DNA of 64,000 nt from Polyangiales bacterium (GCA_038231275.1 JBBRLQ010000010.1:128001-192000); one strand, 5' to 3'. Counted from the first letter of the stretch, positions 35,843-45,588 are shown. The notes: generated from the letters alone by a model not told the origin. Translations and numbers: made by a program.

Positions 35843-38311
35843 ATGCGTACCCGCCGAATCCTCCTGTCCGTCGCCTCCACCCTCGTCATGACCGCCGGCC
35901 TCGCGTCCTCCGCGAGCGCCGCGCCGAGCGCTCCTGCCGGCGCGCACCCGCGCATCTGGTTGACGGCGCCGACGATGACGGCCCTCCACGCGAACGTCGC
36001 CAAGAGCGGCAGCGCCGCGTCGGCCGTCGTCGCCGAGTGCCAGCACGTCGTCGATCGTCCGGGCGACTACGACCACGCCATCTACGAAGGCTACGGCTGG
36101 GCGTACGCGTCCGCCTCGTGCGGCATGGCGTGGCAGCTCACGAAGAATCCCGCGTTCGCCACCGCGGGCCTCCGCATGTTCAAGGCGCTCCTCGAGGATT
36201 TCACGGTCGTCGGCGACGGCGCGGGCGGCGCGAGCGCCGTGACCCACGACGCCGGCTACGGGATGCGTTACTTCGCGTCGTTCTCGGCGCTCGCCTACGA
36301 CTGGTTCCACGACGCGCCCGGCGCCGACGCGCTCCTCCCGCAGGCGCGCGGCCTCTTCAAGACCTGGGTCGAGTGGTACGAGGCCAACGGCTACCTCAAG
36401 AGCGCGCCCGGCTCGAACTACCAGGCCGGCTATCTCTTCGCCAAGACCATGATCGGCGTCGCGGCGAGCGGAGAGGACGACGGCTCGGCGGCCACCTACT
36501 TCGGCCAGGTCGTCGACCAAATGTTCGCGCAGCAGATCGTCGCCAAGGGCGTGACCGGCGCCGGCGCGCTCGTCGGCGGCGACTGGCCGGAGGGCTGGGA
36601 GTACGGCCCGCTCTGCACGATGGAGTACGCGATGTCGGCGCGCGCGCTCGAAGAGCAAGGCGCGCCGCAGCCGGCGCTCAAGAGCTGGCTGCACGACCTC
36701 GTCGTCAACTACCACTACTCGCTGACGCCCGACAAAGCAGGCTTCTACGCGGGTGGAGACTACGGAACGGCGATCATCAACGCGACGCCGAGCCCGCAGC
36801 CCCTGACTGCAGCGGTCGCCGGCTTCGGCAACGACGAGGCCGCGGGCTGGGCGCAGTTCGTCCGTCCGCTCGCGGCGCCGGCGCACGATCTCAACCTCGT
36901 GTACGACGCCCTCGCCGAGGCGCGCGGGGCGGCGGCGAAGAGCTTCAACGCGACGCCCAGGTCACCGTTTTACGTCGCGACGGGGACGCGCAAGCTCTAC
37001 GCGCGATCGAGCTGGGACAAGGACGCCTTCTGGGCCGTCTTCGTGTCGGCGCCGCGCTTCGCCGTCGACCACCAGCACCTCGACGCGTCCACGTTCGTGC
37101 TCTCGCGCGGGAGCGATTCGCTCGTCGTCGATCCGTCGCCGTACGGATCGCTTTCGACGCTGACCACCAACGCGCTCTCCGTCGACTCGCTGACCGTGCA
37201 GGAGAACTATCGCCCTAGCCAATCCCCGTATTCGCGCGCCGAGCTCGCGTGGGCGCGCGGAACGAAAGGCGGCGTCGTCGCGGGGCGCGCGGCGCTCGAA
37301 GGCGCGTTCGCCGATCCGCAGGGAAATAGCGACGTGCCGTTCGCGCGGCGCGACTGGGTCTTCCTCCCCGAAGGGGAGATCGTCGCGATCGATCGCGTTC
37401 GCACCGACGACCCGGCACGAAAGACGTACCTCCGCTTCCGCTCGCCGTCGTCGTTCTCGCTCGACGGAAGCAACGTCGCCACCGCGACGGTCGGCGCCTC
37501 CCGCCTCGTCGTTCACCCAGTCACGCTGTCGGGCAGCAGCGTCCCTGCGGTCCGCTCGATCAAGGGAGATCCGGGCGCCCCGTGCGACGGGGACAACTTC
37601 GGCGTCTGCACCGCGGCGCGCTTCGACAGCGGCGAATACGCGGTCACGCTCCCGGGGCCGACGATGCTCGCGGTTCACGTGCTCGACGCCCTCGGAACGG
37701 CCGAGGCGGCCGCAGAAGCGATCGCGATCACCGATTCGGCGCTCGTCGGTGCGCGCGTTACGCGCGGCGGCGTTCGGTCGTTCGTCGTCGCGTCGAGCGC
37801 CAAGGACGGCAAGCCCGGCGCGACCCTCGCGTACTCCGCGGCCGGCGACCGCGCCGCGCGCCACGTCGTCTTCGACGCTCCGGAAGACGCGAACGGCGCC
37901 TCCGACGTCACCACGCGCGTGGTCGGCGAGACCTGCGCGGTCTCGATCACCGCGGGCACCGGCCCCAGCGCCTTCGTCGGTCGCCCGCTCGTCTTCAGCG
38001 TCGCGTCGGCCAAGGACGGTTGCGCGACCGCGGTCGACGCGTCGCCTCCGCCGACGACCGACGGCGGCGGGCCCTCGCCCCAGGGCGCGGACGCTTCGGC
38101 GCCCGACCCGAACCCGCTCGGTGGCCCCGCGGGGGGCTCCGACGGCGGCGTCGGCTCGGGCGCGAACGGCGCCGGCGCCAACGGCACCAACAACGGTGGT
38201 GGTGGCTGCAACGTTCCTCCGCGCACCGACGGCGGGCTCGCGGCGCTCTTCCTAGCCACCTTGTCGCTGCTCGTCGTGCGCGTGACCCGCGCGCGCCGCG
38301 CCCGCGCGTGA
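35843..38311 (+). CDS. Secreted heparinase II/III-like polysaccharide-lyase-fold protein with MYXO-CTERM-like anchor
   Basis: Signal peptide, HPRIWL, SNY, EGWEYG, HQHLDASTF..RG; GGGC-hydrophobic-RR tail. Confidence 0.7.
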   Translation: MRTRRILLSVASTLVMTAGLASSASAAPSAPAGAHPRIWLTAPTMTALHANVAKSGSAASAVVAECQHVVDRPGDYDHAIYEGYGWAYASASCGMAWQLTKNPAFATAGLRMFKALLEDFTVVGDGAGGASAVTHDAGYGMRYFASFSALAYDWFHDAPGADALLPQARGLFKTWVEWYEANGYLKSAPGSNYQAGYLFAKTMIGVAASGEDDGSAATYFGQVVDQMFAQQIVAKGVTGAGALVGGDWPEGWEYGPLCTMEYAMSARALEEQGAPQPALKSWLHDLVVNYHYSLTPDKAGFYAGGDYGTAIINATPSPQPLTAAVAGFGNDEAAGWAQFVRPLAAPAHDLNLVYDALAEARGAAAKSFNATPRSPFYVATGTRKLYARSSWDKDAFWAVFVSAPRFAVDHQHLDASTFVLSRGSDSLVVDPSPYGSLSTLTTNALSVDSLTVQENYRPSQSPYSRAELAWARGTKGGVVAGRAALEGAFADPQGNSDVPFARRDWVFLPEGEIVAIDRVRTDDPARKTYLRFRSPSSFSLDGSNVATATVGASRLVVHPVTLSGSSVPAVRSIKGDPGAPCDGDNFGVCTAARFDSGEYAVTLPGPTMLAVHVLDALGTAEAAAEAIAITDSALVGARVTRGGVRSFVVASSAKDGKPGATLAYSAAGDRAARHVVFDAPEDANGASDVTTRVVGETCAVSITAGTGPSAFVGRPLVFSVASAKDGCATAVDASPPPTTDGGGPSPQGADASAPDPNPLGGPAGGSDGGVGSGANGAGANGTNNGGGGCNVPPRTDGGLAALFLATLSLLVVRVTRARRARA

Positions 38312-38318
38312 TCGGACG

Positions 38319-39329
38319 CTAGTCGCCGTCGACCTCGACGCGGTTTCGTCCCTTCGCCTTCGCGCGATAGAGCGCGGCGTCGGCGCGGCCCAGCCACTCG
38401 GCGACGCCGCGATCGTTCGAGCGATCGAGCTCCGCGACTCCGAAGCTCACCGTGACGGGCTCGCCGCGGGCGCCAGGGATCGCCAGCGCCTCTACTGCCG
38501 CGCGCACGCGCTCCATCGCCGCCGCCGCTTGCAGCAGCGACTGCTCGGGCAGGATCACCACGAACTCCTCGCCGCCGTAGCGGTAGTGTCCGTCCCCCTC
38601 GCGCAGCGCGTCACGGATCGTCTGGGCGATGCGCCGCAGGATGTCGTCGCCTTTGAGGTGACCGAATGCGTCGTTGTAGGACTTGAAGTGATCGATGTCG
38701 CACATCGCGAGCGAATACTTGTGGCCGTAGCGCATCACGCGTGACCACAGGTTGCGGAGATCCTCGTCCATCGAGAGGCGGTTCTGCACCTGCGTGAGCG
38801 AGTCGAGGCGCGCGACGCGGAACGAGGCCTCGCTGTCGCGCAGGAGCCTCGCGTTCTTCTCGACGAGCGTCCGGTTTCGCGCGAGGGCGCGCCCGGCGCT
38901 CGCGAGCTGCGCGCGGAGCTCGTCGACGTCGAACGGCTTCGAGTGGTAGTCGTCGGCGCCGGCGTCGATCCCACGCGCGAAGTGGTCGCGATCGTCGAAC
39001 GCGGTCATGAAGATGAAGTAGGTGTAGGTGTCGCCGTCGTCCTGGCTGCGCGTGCGTTGGCACAGTTCCATGCCGTTCATGCGCGGCATCGCCCAGTCGC
39101 TCAGGATGACGTCAGCGCGCTCCAGCTGGTGCAGCTCCCAAGCCTCCATCCCGTCACGCGCGTCGACGCACTGGTACCCGAGCCGCTCCACGGTGCTCCG
39201 CAGCAAGCTTCGCGTGTCGTCGTCGTCGTCCACGACGAGGACGCGAATCGACGACGGGAATGGCGTGAGGATGCGCTGGTCGGCCATACGCTCCGGCTCC
39301 GAGGATAGGGTGGTGTCGCTCGAGTCCAT
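38319..39329 (-). CDS. Response-regulator diguanylate cyclase (REC-GGDEF)
   Basis: SDWAMP; DIDHFKSYNDAFGH; I-site REGD; RYGGEEF. Confidence 0.93.
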   Translation of the reverse strand: MDSSDTTLSSEPERMADQRILTPFPSSIRVLVVDDDDDTRSLLRSTVERLGYQCVDARDGMEAWELHQLERADVILSDWAMPRMNGMELCQRTRSQDDGDTYTYFIFMTAFDDRDHFARGIDAGADDYHSKPFDVDELRAQLASAGRALARNRTLVEKNARLLRDSEASFRVARLDSLTQVQNRLSMDEDLRNLWSRVMRYGHKYSLAMCDIDHFKSYNDAFGHLKGDDILRRIAQTIRDALREGDGHYRYGGEEFVVILPEQSLLQAAAAMERVRAAVEALAIPGARGEPVTVSFGVAELDRSNDRGVAEWLGRADAALYRAKAKGRNRVEVDGD

Positions 39330-39344
39330 GTCGCGCCATGCCTT

Positions 39345-39360
39345 TGCACCGCGCGTGCCG
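39345..39360 (-). promoter_or_regulatory. sigma54 -24/-12 promoter-like box
   Basis: CGGCACGCGCGGTGCA just after the kinase stop; -12 C is 17 nt before ATG 39329. Confidence 0.6.
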
Positions 39361-39364
39361 CAAT

Positions 39365-40432
39365 TCAGCCTCGCGGGAGCTCCAGCGTAAAGACGCAACC
39401 CTTGCCGGGGAGGTCACGCACGGCGATCGTGCCGCCGCTGGCCTGCGCGGCCTTGAGGCAAATGGACAGCCCCAGGCCGACGCCCGTGAGGTCCTTCCCG
39501 CGCTGCACGAAGGGATGGAAGAGCCGCTCGACCGCTCCGGGCGGAAGGCCGCCGCACTCGTCCTCGATGGATAAGCGCACGCGGTCGGCGGTGACCTCGG
39601 TGCTCAGCGTGATCGCGCCTTCTTTGCGCGTGAATTTGCACGCGTTGTGGACGAGGTTGGAGAGCGCCGCGACGAGGATTTGCCGATCGCCGTTGACCCA
39701 CATGTCGCGCGGGGGCAGCGGGGCCGTAAAGCGCAGCCCGCGCGCCTCGGCCTGGAGCGCTGCGCCGATCTCGACCTCTTCGATGAGCGCCGCCACCGAG
39801 ATTCGCTCGACCTGCTCGATGCCGGCGTCGAGGCGAACGTCCGCGAGCGACCGATCGATGAGGTCGCGCAAGCCGGTCAGGCTGCGGTCGAGCACCATGC
39901 CGGTGCTGCCGCCCGCCGAGACGCGCCCGCCCTTGATGCTCTCGAACGCGAGCGTCGCGGTGCTGAGGAGATTGCGGAGCTCGTGGGCGAGGACGCCGAG
40001 GCGGGCGGTGCCTTGTGTGACGAGCACGCGCTCGCGCTGGCGGGCGTACTCGGTCACAGCGCCGGCGATGGCGTCGTCGACGCAGAGGTTGAGGAGCCGA
40101 AAATCCTCGGACGAAATAGGCATGTTCTGCTCGACGGCGATCTCCGTCACCACCTGGCACACGTCGCCGTAGTCCTGGACCACGTGACCGGTGCTGAGCC
40201 CCAGCCGAAAGAGATCGGCCCCGTGCCGCTCCGCGCTCGCGGTCAGCTTCACGTGATCGATCTGCGTCGTCGAACGGGCCAGGCGCAGCGCGTCCCCGAG
40301 CTGGCTCAGGAAAACGGGGATCCCGTTGACGAGCTCCTCTTCGGACGGCGTAGGGCTCGTACGTGTGGCCACCCTCGCGCGCGCCCTCGAGAGGATCGCC
40401 TCTCGGTTCGCGTCGATGAAGTTGGCTAGCAC
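39365..40432 (-). CDS. Cytoplasmic sensor histidine kinase (paralog of 23256..24419)
   Basis: LAHELRN, NLVHNACKF, EDECGG, GVGLGL; GTG start chosen by alignment with the paralog. Confidence 0.9.
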   Translation of the reverse strand: MLANFIDANREAILSRARARVATRTSPTPSEEELVNGIPVFLSQLGDALRLARSTTQIDHVKLTASAERHGADLFRLGLSTGHVVQDYGDVCQVVTEIAVEQNMPISSEDFRLLNLCVDDAIAGAVTEYARQRERVLVTQGTARLGVLAHELRNLLSTATLAFESIKGGRVSAGGSTGMVLDRSLTGLRDLIDRSLADVRLDAGIEQVERISVAALIEEVEIGAALQAEARGLRFTAPLPPRDMWVNGDRQILVAALSNLVHNACKFTRKEGAITLSTEVTADRVRLSIEDECGGLPPGAVERLFHPFVQRGKDLTGVGLGLSICLKAAQASGGTIAVRDLPGKGCVFTLELPRG

Positions 40433-40563
40433 GACGTCAACCTGGGGCTTCGCGAGGTCAATAGCAACAAACCCTTTGGTAATGGGGAACGTCTGCAGCG
40501 CGTGTGGCGCATTTGCGTCCGCACGTGGCGCAACGGCGCTTCGTTCAACCGCTTCGCGTATCC

Positions 40564-40579
40564 GGGCATGGGAGCTGCA
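40564..40579 (+). promoter_or_regulatory. sigma54 -24/-12 promoter-like box
   Basis: GGGCATGGGAGCTGCA; -12 C is 14 nt before in-frame GTG 40592. Confidence 0.5.
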
Positions 40580-40591
40580 AAGCTTTCCGCC

Positions 40592-42523
40592 GTGCTTCAG
40601 AGCCTCCTGACCCGTCTGCGCGCGATACGGAGTGGGCGCCTCTTCAGGCCGGCCAAGCGAACGGCCGCGGCCTTGGCGATCACCTACCTCGTTTACCTGA
40701 TCGGCGTGAACGCGACGCTGCTTCGGCGCCACTTCGATATTCAGGAGCAAGTGCACGTCACGTACACGTCGTGCTGGTCGTGGTTTCCGGGGAAGCTGCG
40801 CGCCCACGGCGTGCGGATCGTCGGAACCGACAGCCACGTCGAGTGGCAGCTCGACGTCGAGCGCGTGAGTCTGGACGTGTCGCTCGTCGCGCTCTTTCAT
40901 CGGCGCTTCCGTGCCTCCGACATCCACGGCAGCGGTCTCTCGATGAAGATGCGGCGGAAGCTCGCTCCGACCGAGGCCACGCCGGCCGTCGTGGCGTCGC
41001 TGCCGCCGATCGCAGGTCACCCCGATCCGCCGATCAAGCCGCCCGTCCCTTCGCCGCCTATCCCCGACGCGGAGTACGATCTCTGGTCAGTGCAGCTCGA
41101 GGACGCTGACGCGGATCCCGTCCGCGAGGTGTGGATCGACGCGTACCACTTCACCGGCGACGCGCGCGCCAGGGGCAGCTTTGTGCTGCGTCCCGTGAGA
41201 ATGGCGTCGGTCGGCCCGAGCACGATCGACGTCCGCAGCGGCGAGCTGCAGATCTACGGCGAGTCCGCGCTCGACGGCCTCACCGGTCGCCTCGACGCGA
41301 CCCTCGCGCCGTTCGATCCGCGCGAGGTCGAGGGGGCGAGCGTCCTTCGAAGCGTGACCGCGGGGGTGCAGGGGGACGGGCACGTTGTCAGCGTGGGGTT
41401 CCTGAAGCACTACGGGGACGCAACGCCGGCGGTCGTGCTCGAAGGCGGCGCCGGCTCGGCGCACGTCGACCTTCGCATCGACGCCGGAGTTCTGGCGGCG
41501 CCCAGCCTCGTGACGCTCGACACCGATCTCCTGCGCGCCGACGCGAGCGACCATCACGTGACGTCGGCGGCGCACGTGGCGTTCATCGTCGACGCGCTCA
41601 CCGGGAGCCCGGAAGCGCGCCTCGCGATCGACCTCTCGCGCGTGACGCTGCATCACGGCGACGCGAAGGAGCCGCTGCTCGAAGCGGCGCGGATCATCGC
41701 CAACGGGCGAAGCGCGGAGGTGGATCTCGTTCGTCCCTTCGGAGACGTCACCGCGTCGCTCGACTGGCCCGACGTCGTTTTCCCCGACCTGCGGCGCCTC
41801 GACGTCTACTTCGGGAAGGGCGCATCCCCGATCCGCGGCGGCACCGGGAGAACACACGGCGAGTTGCACGCGTCGCTCCCCAAGCGTCACGTGACGGGAC
41901 ACGCCGCGGCGACGGCGAGCGGGCTGGTGCTCCACCTCGGCAGCACCGACGCGCGTGGCTCGGTGTCCGCCGACGTCGCGCTTGCCGGTCTCGACCTCGA
42001 CTCGGGGCGGGGAGATGTGTCGGGCAGCCGCATCGACGCGCGCGACGTCGTGCTCTCGAGCGCGCCGAAAGAGCCAGGGTGGTGGGCGAGCGCGCAGCTC
42101 GCGGACGCGCACCTGTCGATCGCACCGGCGCATCTGCGGACGAAGCTGGCCCTCCAGGCGAAGGACGGGCGGCCCATCCTCGAGCAAGGCGTGCCAAAGA
42201 GTCTCGCGAACCTCATTGGCCTCGACGGGCTCCACGGCGGCGCGGCGCTCGCGCTCGGACCTTCGCAGGTCGATCTGACGGGCCTGCGCGTCGAGGGCAA
42301 AGGCGGCGACGTTCGCGCCGAGCTCTACGATCGTGGCGCGAAGACCTATGGCGTCGCGATGGTGAACGCGGGACTGTTGAAGGTCGGCGTCGAGCTCGAG
42401 GGCCATAACACGTCGTTTCGGCTCTTCGCGACCGACGAGTGGTACGCGCACGCCGCCGCGACCGCCGCCGCCGAAGCTGGCCCTGCGAAGGCGACGGGAA
42501 CCACGAAGCAGAGCGCGCTCTGA
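40592..42523 (+). CDS. Membrane-anchored beta-rich hypothetical protein (possibly AsmA-like)
   Basis: Single N-terminal TM segment followed by long alternating beta-strand pattern; start 40568 or 40592. Confidence 0.7.
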   Translation: MLQSLLTRLRAIRSGRLFRPAKRTAAALAITYLVYLIGVNATLLRRHFDIQEQVHVTYTSCWSWFPGKLRAHGVRIVGTDSHVEWQLDVERVSLDVSLVALFHRRFRASDIHGSGLSMKMRRKLAPTEATPAVVASLPPIAGHPDPPIKPPVPSPPIPDAEYDLWSVQLEDADADPVREVWIDAYHFTGDARARGSFVLRPVRMASVGPSTIDVRSGELQIYGESALDGLTGRLDATLAPFDPREVEGASVLRSVTAGVQGDGHVVSVGFLKHYGDATPAVVLEGGAGSAHVDLRIDAGVLAAPSLVTLDTDLLRADASDHHVTSAAHVAFIVDALTGSPEARLAIDLSRVTLHHGDAKEPLLEAARIIANGRSAEVDLVRPFGDVTASLDWPDVVFPDLRRLDVYFGKGASPIRGGTGRTHGELHASLPKRHVTGHAAATASGLVLHLGSTDARGSVSADVALAGLDLDSGRGDVSGSRIDARDVVLSSAPKEPGWWASAQLADAHLSIAPAHLRTKLALQAKDGRPILEQGVPKSLANLIGLDGLHGGAALALGPSQVDLTGLRVEGKGGDVRAELYDRGAKTYGVAMVNAGLLKVGVELEGHNTSFRLFATDEWYAHAAATAAAEAGPAKATGTTKQSAL

Positions 42524-42538
42524 GTGGAGCGAAAGGTG

Positions 42539-43126
42539 TCAGCGCCCGCCGTCGGGGCTCGCGCCTGCGCCGGTGTAGCCGCTGCCGCCCGCGCCGACTC
42601 CCGTGAAGCCGCTGCCGCCGGCGCCGCTGCCTGTGTATCCAGAGTCGCCCGCGGTCACGCCCGTGTAGCCGCTGCCTCCCCCGCCGGCTCCGGTGAAGCC
42701 GTCGCTTGCGTTCGGCGCGACCGGCGCGGCCGCGGCGTCTCGGATTCGAGGAGGCGCGCTCAACGGCGCGCGGGGCGCTGCGTCTGCGACTCCGTTGGAG
42801 GCGCCCGCGTCCGCCGCCGAAGCGCTGAGGCTCACCCCCGGCGCGGCGATGCGCATGGTCGGCGAAGCCGCCGTGATCTTCGGCGACGCAGTGTCCGGCG
42901 CCGTTGCTGACGCGGCCGCCGGGTCCACGGGTGTGGAGGGCACCGGCACGTCGATCGGCACCAGGCGCGGGCCCTCCGTGGCCGGCTCGCTCGAAACATG
43001 GATCGGCACGCTCGTGGTGGCGACGCGACCACCATCGGACTCCACGAGCGCCCGCACGCCCCAGGCGCAGAGAAACGCGCCGACGCAGATCGCTGCGGGA
43101 AGCCATGCTCGTCGTTCGACGCTCAT
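42539..43126 (-). CDS. Membrane-anchored low-complexity protein with C-terminal decapeptide repeats
   Basis: N-terminal TM segment; Pro/Ala linker; 5 x G(Y/F)TGxxxGxS. Confidence 0.65.
   Translation of the reverse strand: MSVERRAWLPAAICVGAFLCAWGVRALVESDGGRVATTSVPIHVSSEPATEGPRLVPIDVPVPSTPVDPAAASATAPDTASPKITAASPTMRIAAPGVSLSASAADAGASNGVADAAPRAPLSAPPRIRDAAAAPVAPNASDGFTGAGGGGSGYTGVTAGDSGYTGSGAGGSGFTGVGAGGSGYTGAGASPDGGR
42551..42700. repeat. 30-bp degenerate tandem repeat, 5 units
   Basis: GTG(T/A)A(G/T)CC cores at 42573, 42603, 42633, 42663 and 42693. Confidence 0.85.
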
Positions 43127-43141
43127 GCGATGCCCCGCCGG

Positions 43142-43918
43142 TTACTTTTTCGGATTCGGAATGCTTTGGCGCTCGACCTCGGCCGCGTACGCCACGTTCC
43201 GCTCCGGTGGATGCTTCAGGTTCGGTGCGCCGATCGCCCCGCTCGTCACGCCGATCTCGTCGTCGAGCTCGCGGTCGCGCTCGGCCTGCTCGCCCGACTT
43301 CTCGTCAAGTACCGTGGCGGCGGCTGCGCCGACCAAGCCGCCGATGATTCCGCCGACGATCGCGCCCGGTGGACCGGCGACCGATCCGATCGTCGCGCCC
43401 GCCACGGCCCCCGCGGCGCCGCCTTCGGCTTGGTGAACGTGCTTCTCTCCCGTCGTCGACTTCGCGTTCACGGTGACTCTCTTTCGGCGAGACTCTGCCT
43501 CGACCTCGTAGTCGTATGCCTGACGAACGTGGCGAACGATCGCGTCCCAGTCGCGGCTGGCCTTGTCTTGCGCCGCGGCCCATTCGGCCCTGAGCTTGCA
43601 CTCGATCTCCGGATCCCATCGCGGGTGCTCGCGCCCGAACTCGCGGTGCGCCCAGTAGCCGAAGCCGAACGAGGGCTCGACGTCGTCCCATACCTGGGCC
43701 GTCGGCGCGTTCGGGACGTCGCGCGGCGGTACCGCCTGACCTCCGCCCGCCTGGAGGACGGTGTCGGCGGCCGCCTGGTTTAGGTCGTGACCGCCGATGC
43801 CGAGATCGTGCTTCGTCTGCTCCCAGTCCCGACGCATCGCTTCCTTCACGAGGTCCCAGGCGGTGCCTTGGACCTCATTCTTCCAACGAGAGGGATGCCA
43901 CTTCGACGTCGTGCTCAT
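43142..43918 (-). CDS. Trp-rich hypothetical protein fused to a glycine-zipper segment
   Basis: AAGGAG RBS; N-terminus paralogous to 22645..23136; GAAGAVAGATIGSVAGPPGAIVGGIIG. Confidence 0.8.
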   Translation of the reverse strand: MSTTSKWHPSRWKNEVQGTAWDLVKEAMRRDWEQTKHDLGIGGHDLNQAAADTVLQAGGGQAVPPRDVPNAPTAQVWDDVEPSFGFGYWAHREFGREHPRWDPEIECKLRAEWAAAQDKASRDWDAIVRHVRQAYDYEVEAESRRKRVTVNAKSTTGEKHVHQAEGGAAGAVAGATIGSVAGPPGAIVGGIIGGLVGAAAATVLDEKSGEQAERDRELDDEIGVTSGAIGAPNLKHPPERNVAYAAEVERQSIPNPKK

Positions 43919-43963
43919 GGGTGTCTCCTTCCCGTTGCGAAAGCGATGCGTGACGTAACGCCG

Positions 43964-44860
43964 CTACGGCTTGGACGACGGTTGGACGACGATCTCGACG
44001 CGCCGGTTGTTCGCGCGCCCCTCGGGAGACGTGTTGTCCGCGATCGAACGGCTCGAGCCGAAGCCCTGCGCCGTGATCCGATCGCTGGCGATGCCGCGCG
44101 TGACCAAGTAGTCGCGGACGGCCTGCGCGCGGTGCTGCGAGAGATCCTGATTGTAGGACGCCGCGCCCTGCGAGTCGGTGTGCCCTTCGACGACCATCTT
44201 CGAGTTGGGGTCCTCTTTCGTGAGCGCGTTGGCGACGTCGTTGAGCTTCATCTGCGCCGCGGGGAGCAGATCCGATTTCGCGGATGCGAAGAGCACGCTG
44301 CCCGAGAGCGTGATCACCATCCCGCGCGTCTCTTGCTTCACGGTGGCAAACTTCGCCAGATCGGCCGCCGCTTGAGCCGCGCGCTTCTCCGCGTCTTCGC
44401 GGCGGGCCTTCTCGGTCGCCAGCGTGGCGGCCTGCGCCTGGAGCACGACGCCCTGGGTGGCGAGCTGCGTTTTGGTCTGCGAGAGCTCGGCGGCGGTGAG
44501 CGCGACGGCCTTACGCTCATCGGCGTGCATCGCCCCGACGACACCTTCCTTCGTCTGGTTCGCCTGCATGGTGCGCGCGCGCACCTCGGCGAGCTCCGCC
44601 TTGCGTGCGGCGACGTAGGCTTGATCGCGCGTGGCCTGCGTGTCGCCGTCCTTCACGAACGCGGCTTCGGCGACGTCGAGCTGCTCGCGCGCGGCGTGGA
44701 CGTCGGCGGGATCGAGCTCCTGCGCGGGGCCCTTGCTCGCGTGCTCGTAGCTGGCGCGCGCAGTGACGAGATCCTGCGGGGGAATGCCGGAAGCGCATCC
44801 GATGATGCCGAACGCGCTGCTGACGGCGACGAGGAGTCCGATATTTCGAAGGGTCTTCAT
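43964..44860 (-). CDS. DUF4398 + OmpA-like peptidoglycan-binding lipoprotein
   Basis: Lipobox IIGC; VEGHTDSQG, NQDLSQHRA, GRANNRRVEI. Confidence 0.92.
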   Translation of the reverse strand: MKTLRNIGLLVAVSSAFGIIGCASGIPPQDLVTARASYEHASKGPAQELDPADVHAAREQLDVAEAAFVKDGDTQATRDQAYVAARKAELAEVRARTMQANQTKEGVVGAMHADERKAVALTAAELSQTKTQLATQGVVLQAQAATLATEKARREDAEKRAAQAAADLAKFATVKQETRGMVITLSGSVLFASAKSDLLPAAQMKLNDVANALTKEDPNSKMVVEGHTDSQGAASYNQDLSQHRAQAVRDYLVTRGIASDRITAQGFGSSRSIADNTSPEGRANNRRVEIVVQPSSKP

Positions 44861-45234
44861 TTGGTGGCTCCCTGGCCGACGTTGGTGGCTTTCTGCGCGG
44901 CTGAGTCAGAGGCCGCCTTATCTACTTCGATCTTCGCGCCCTTCTCACGCGCCTGCGCGATCGCCAGCTCGGCGTCGGCCTTTGCGCGGATGAGGAGGCT
45001 GTCCGCGCGGACGTTGTCCCCGTCGGTGATGGCCTTCTGGGCCTGCGCGATCTGATCTTGTGCGAGCTTCAGGGACAGCTGCGCGGCCGGCACCGAGTTG
45101 GCGCCGAGCTCGCTCGCGCTGCGCTCTGCCGACTGTGCGTCGGCGAGGCGTTGCGTCGGCGGGGCGAAGCTGGCTCCGCACGCCGCGGCGAACGGTACGA
45201 TTAGAGCAAGGGAAAAGAACGTCGATTTGTACAT
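44857..45234 (-). CDS. DUF4398 lipoprotein
   Basis: Lipobox AAAC; RAKADAELA; stop overlaps the start of the OmpA-like gene. Confidence 0.85.
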   Translation of the reverse strand: MYKSTFFSLALIVPFAAACGASFAPPTQRLADAQSAERSASELGANSVPAAQLSLKLAQDQIAQAQKAITDGDNVRADSLLIRAKADAELAIAQAREKGAKIEVDKAASDSAAQKATNVGQGATK

Positions 45235-45296
45235 TTGGGTCCAGTCTCCGGGCGCGCATTTGCGCGCTGCAATAACGCCTCGGTGTGCGCCCGCGC

Positions 45297-45521
45297 TCAC
45301 GACGGCTTGGGGCCGTGGCCGGGTTTGATCTTCTCGATCCATTCATCGATCTGCTTCTCGGCGTCGTCCTTCAGGATGCCGTAGTGCTGCTGGAGCTTGC
45401 CGATGAGGTGCTCCTTCTTCCCTGCGACGTTCTTGAGGTCGTCGTCGGTGAGCTTGGCCCATCGCGACTTCACCTGGCCTGCCAGCTGGTGCCATTCCCC
45501 CTCGATCTGCGTCCAATTCAT
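45297..45521 (-). CDS. csbD: CsbD-family general stress protein
   Basis: MNWTQIEGEW...KLTDDDL...GKLQQHYG; GAGGAGG RBS. Confidence 0.93.
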   Translation of the reverse strand: MNWTQIEGEWHQLAGQVKSRWAKLTDDDLKNVAGKKEHLIGKLQQHYGILKDDAEKQIDEWIEKIKPGHGPKPS

Positions 45522-45572
45522 CTCGGCCTCCTCATCGTGCTCGACCCGTCTCGGTCGCGCGGTACGACCCTA

Positions 45573-45588
45573 AGCACCTTCCATGCCG
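45573..45588 (-). promoter_or_regulatory. sigma54 -24/-12 promoter-like box
   Basis: CGGCATGGAAGGTGCT upstream of csbD. Confidence 0.55.
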
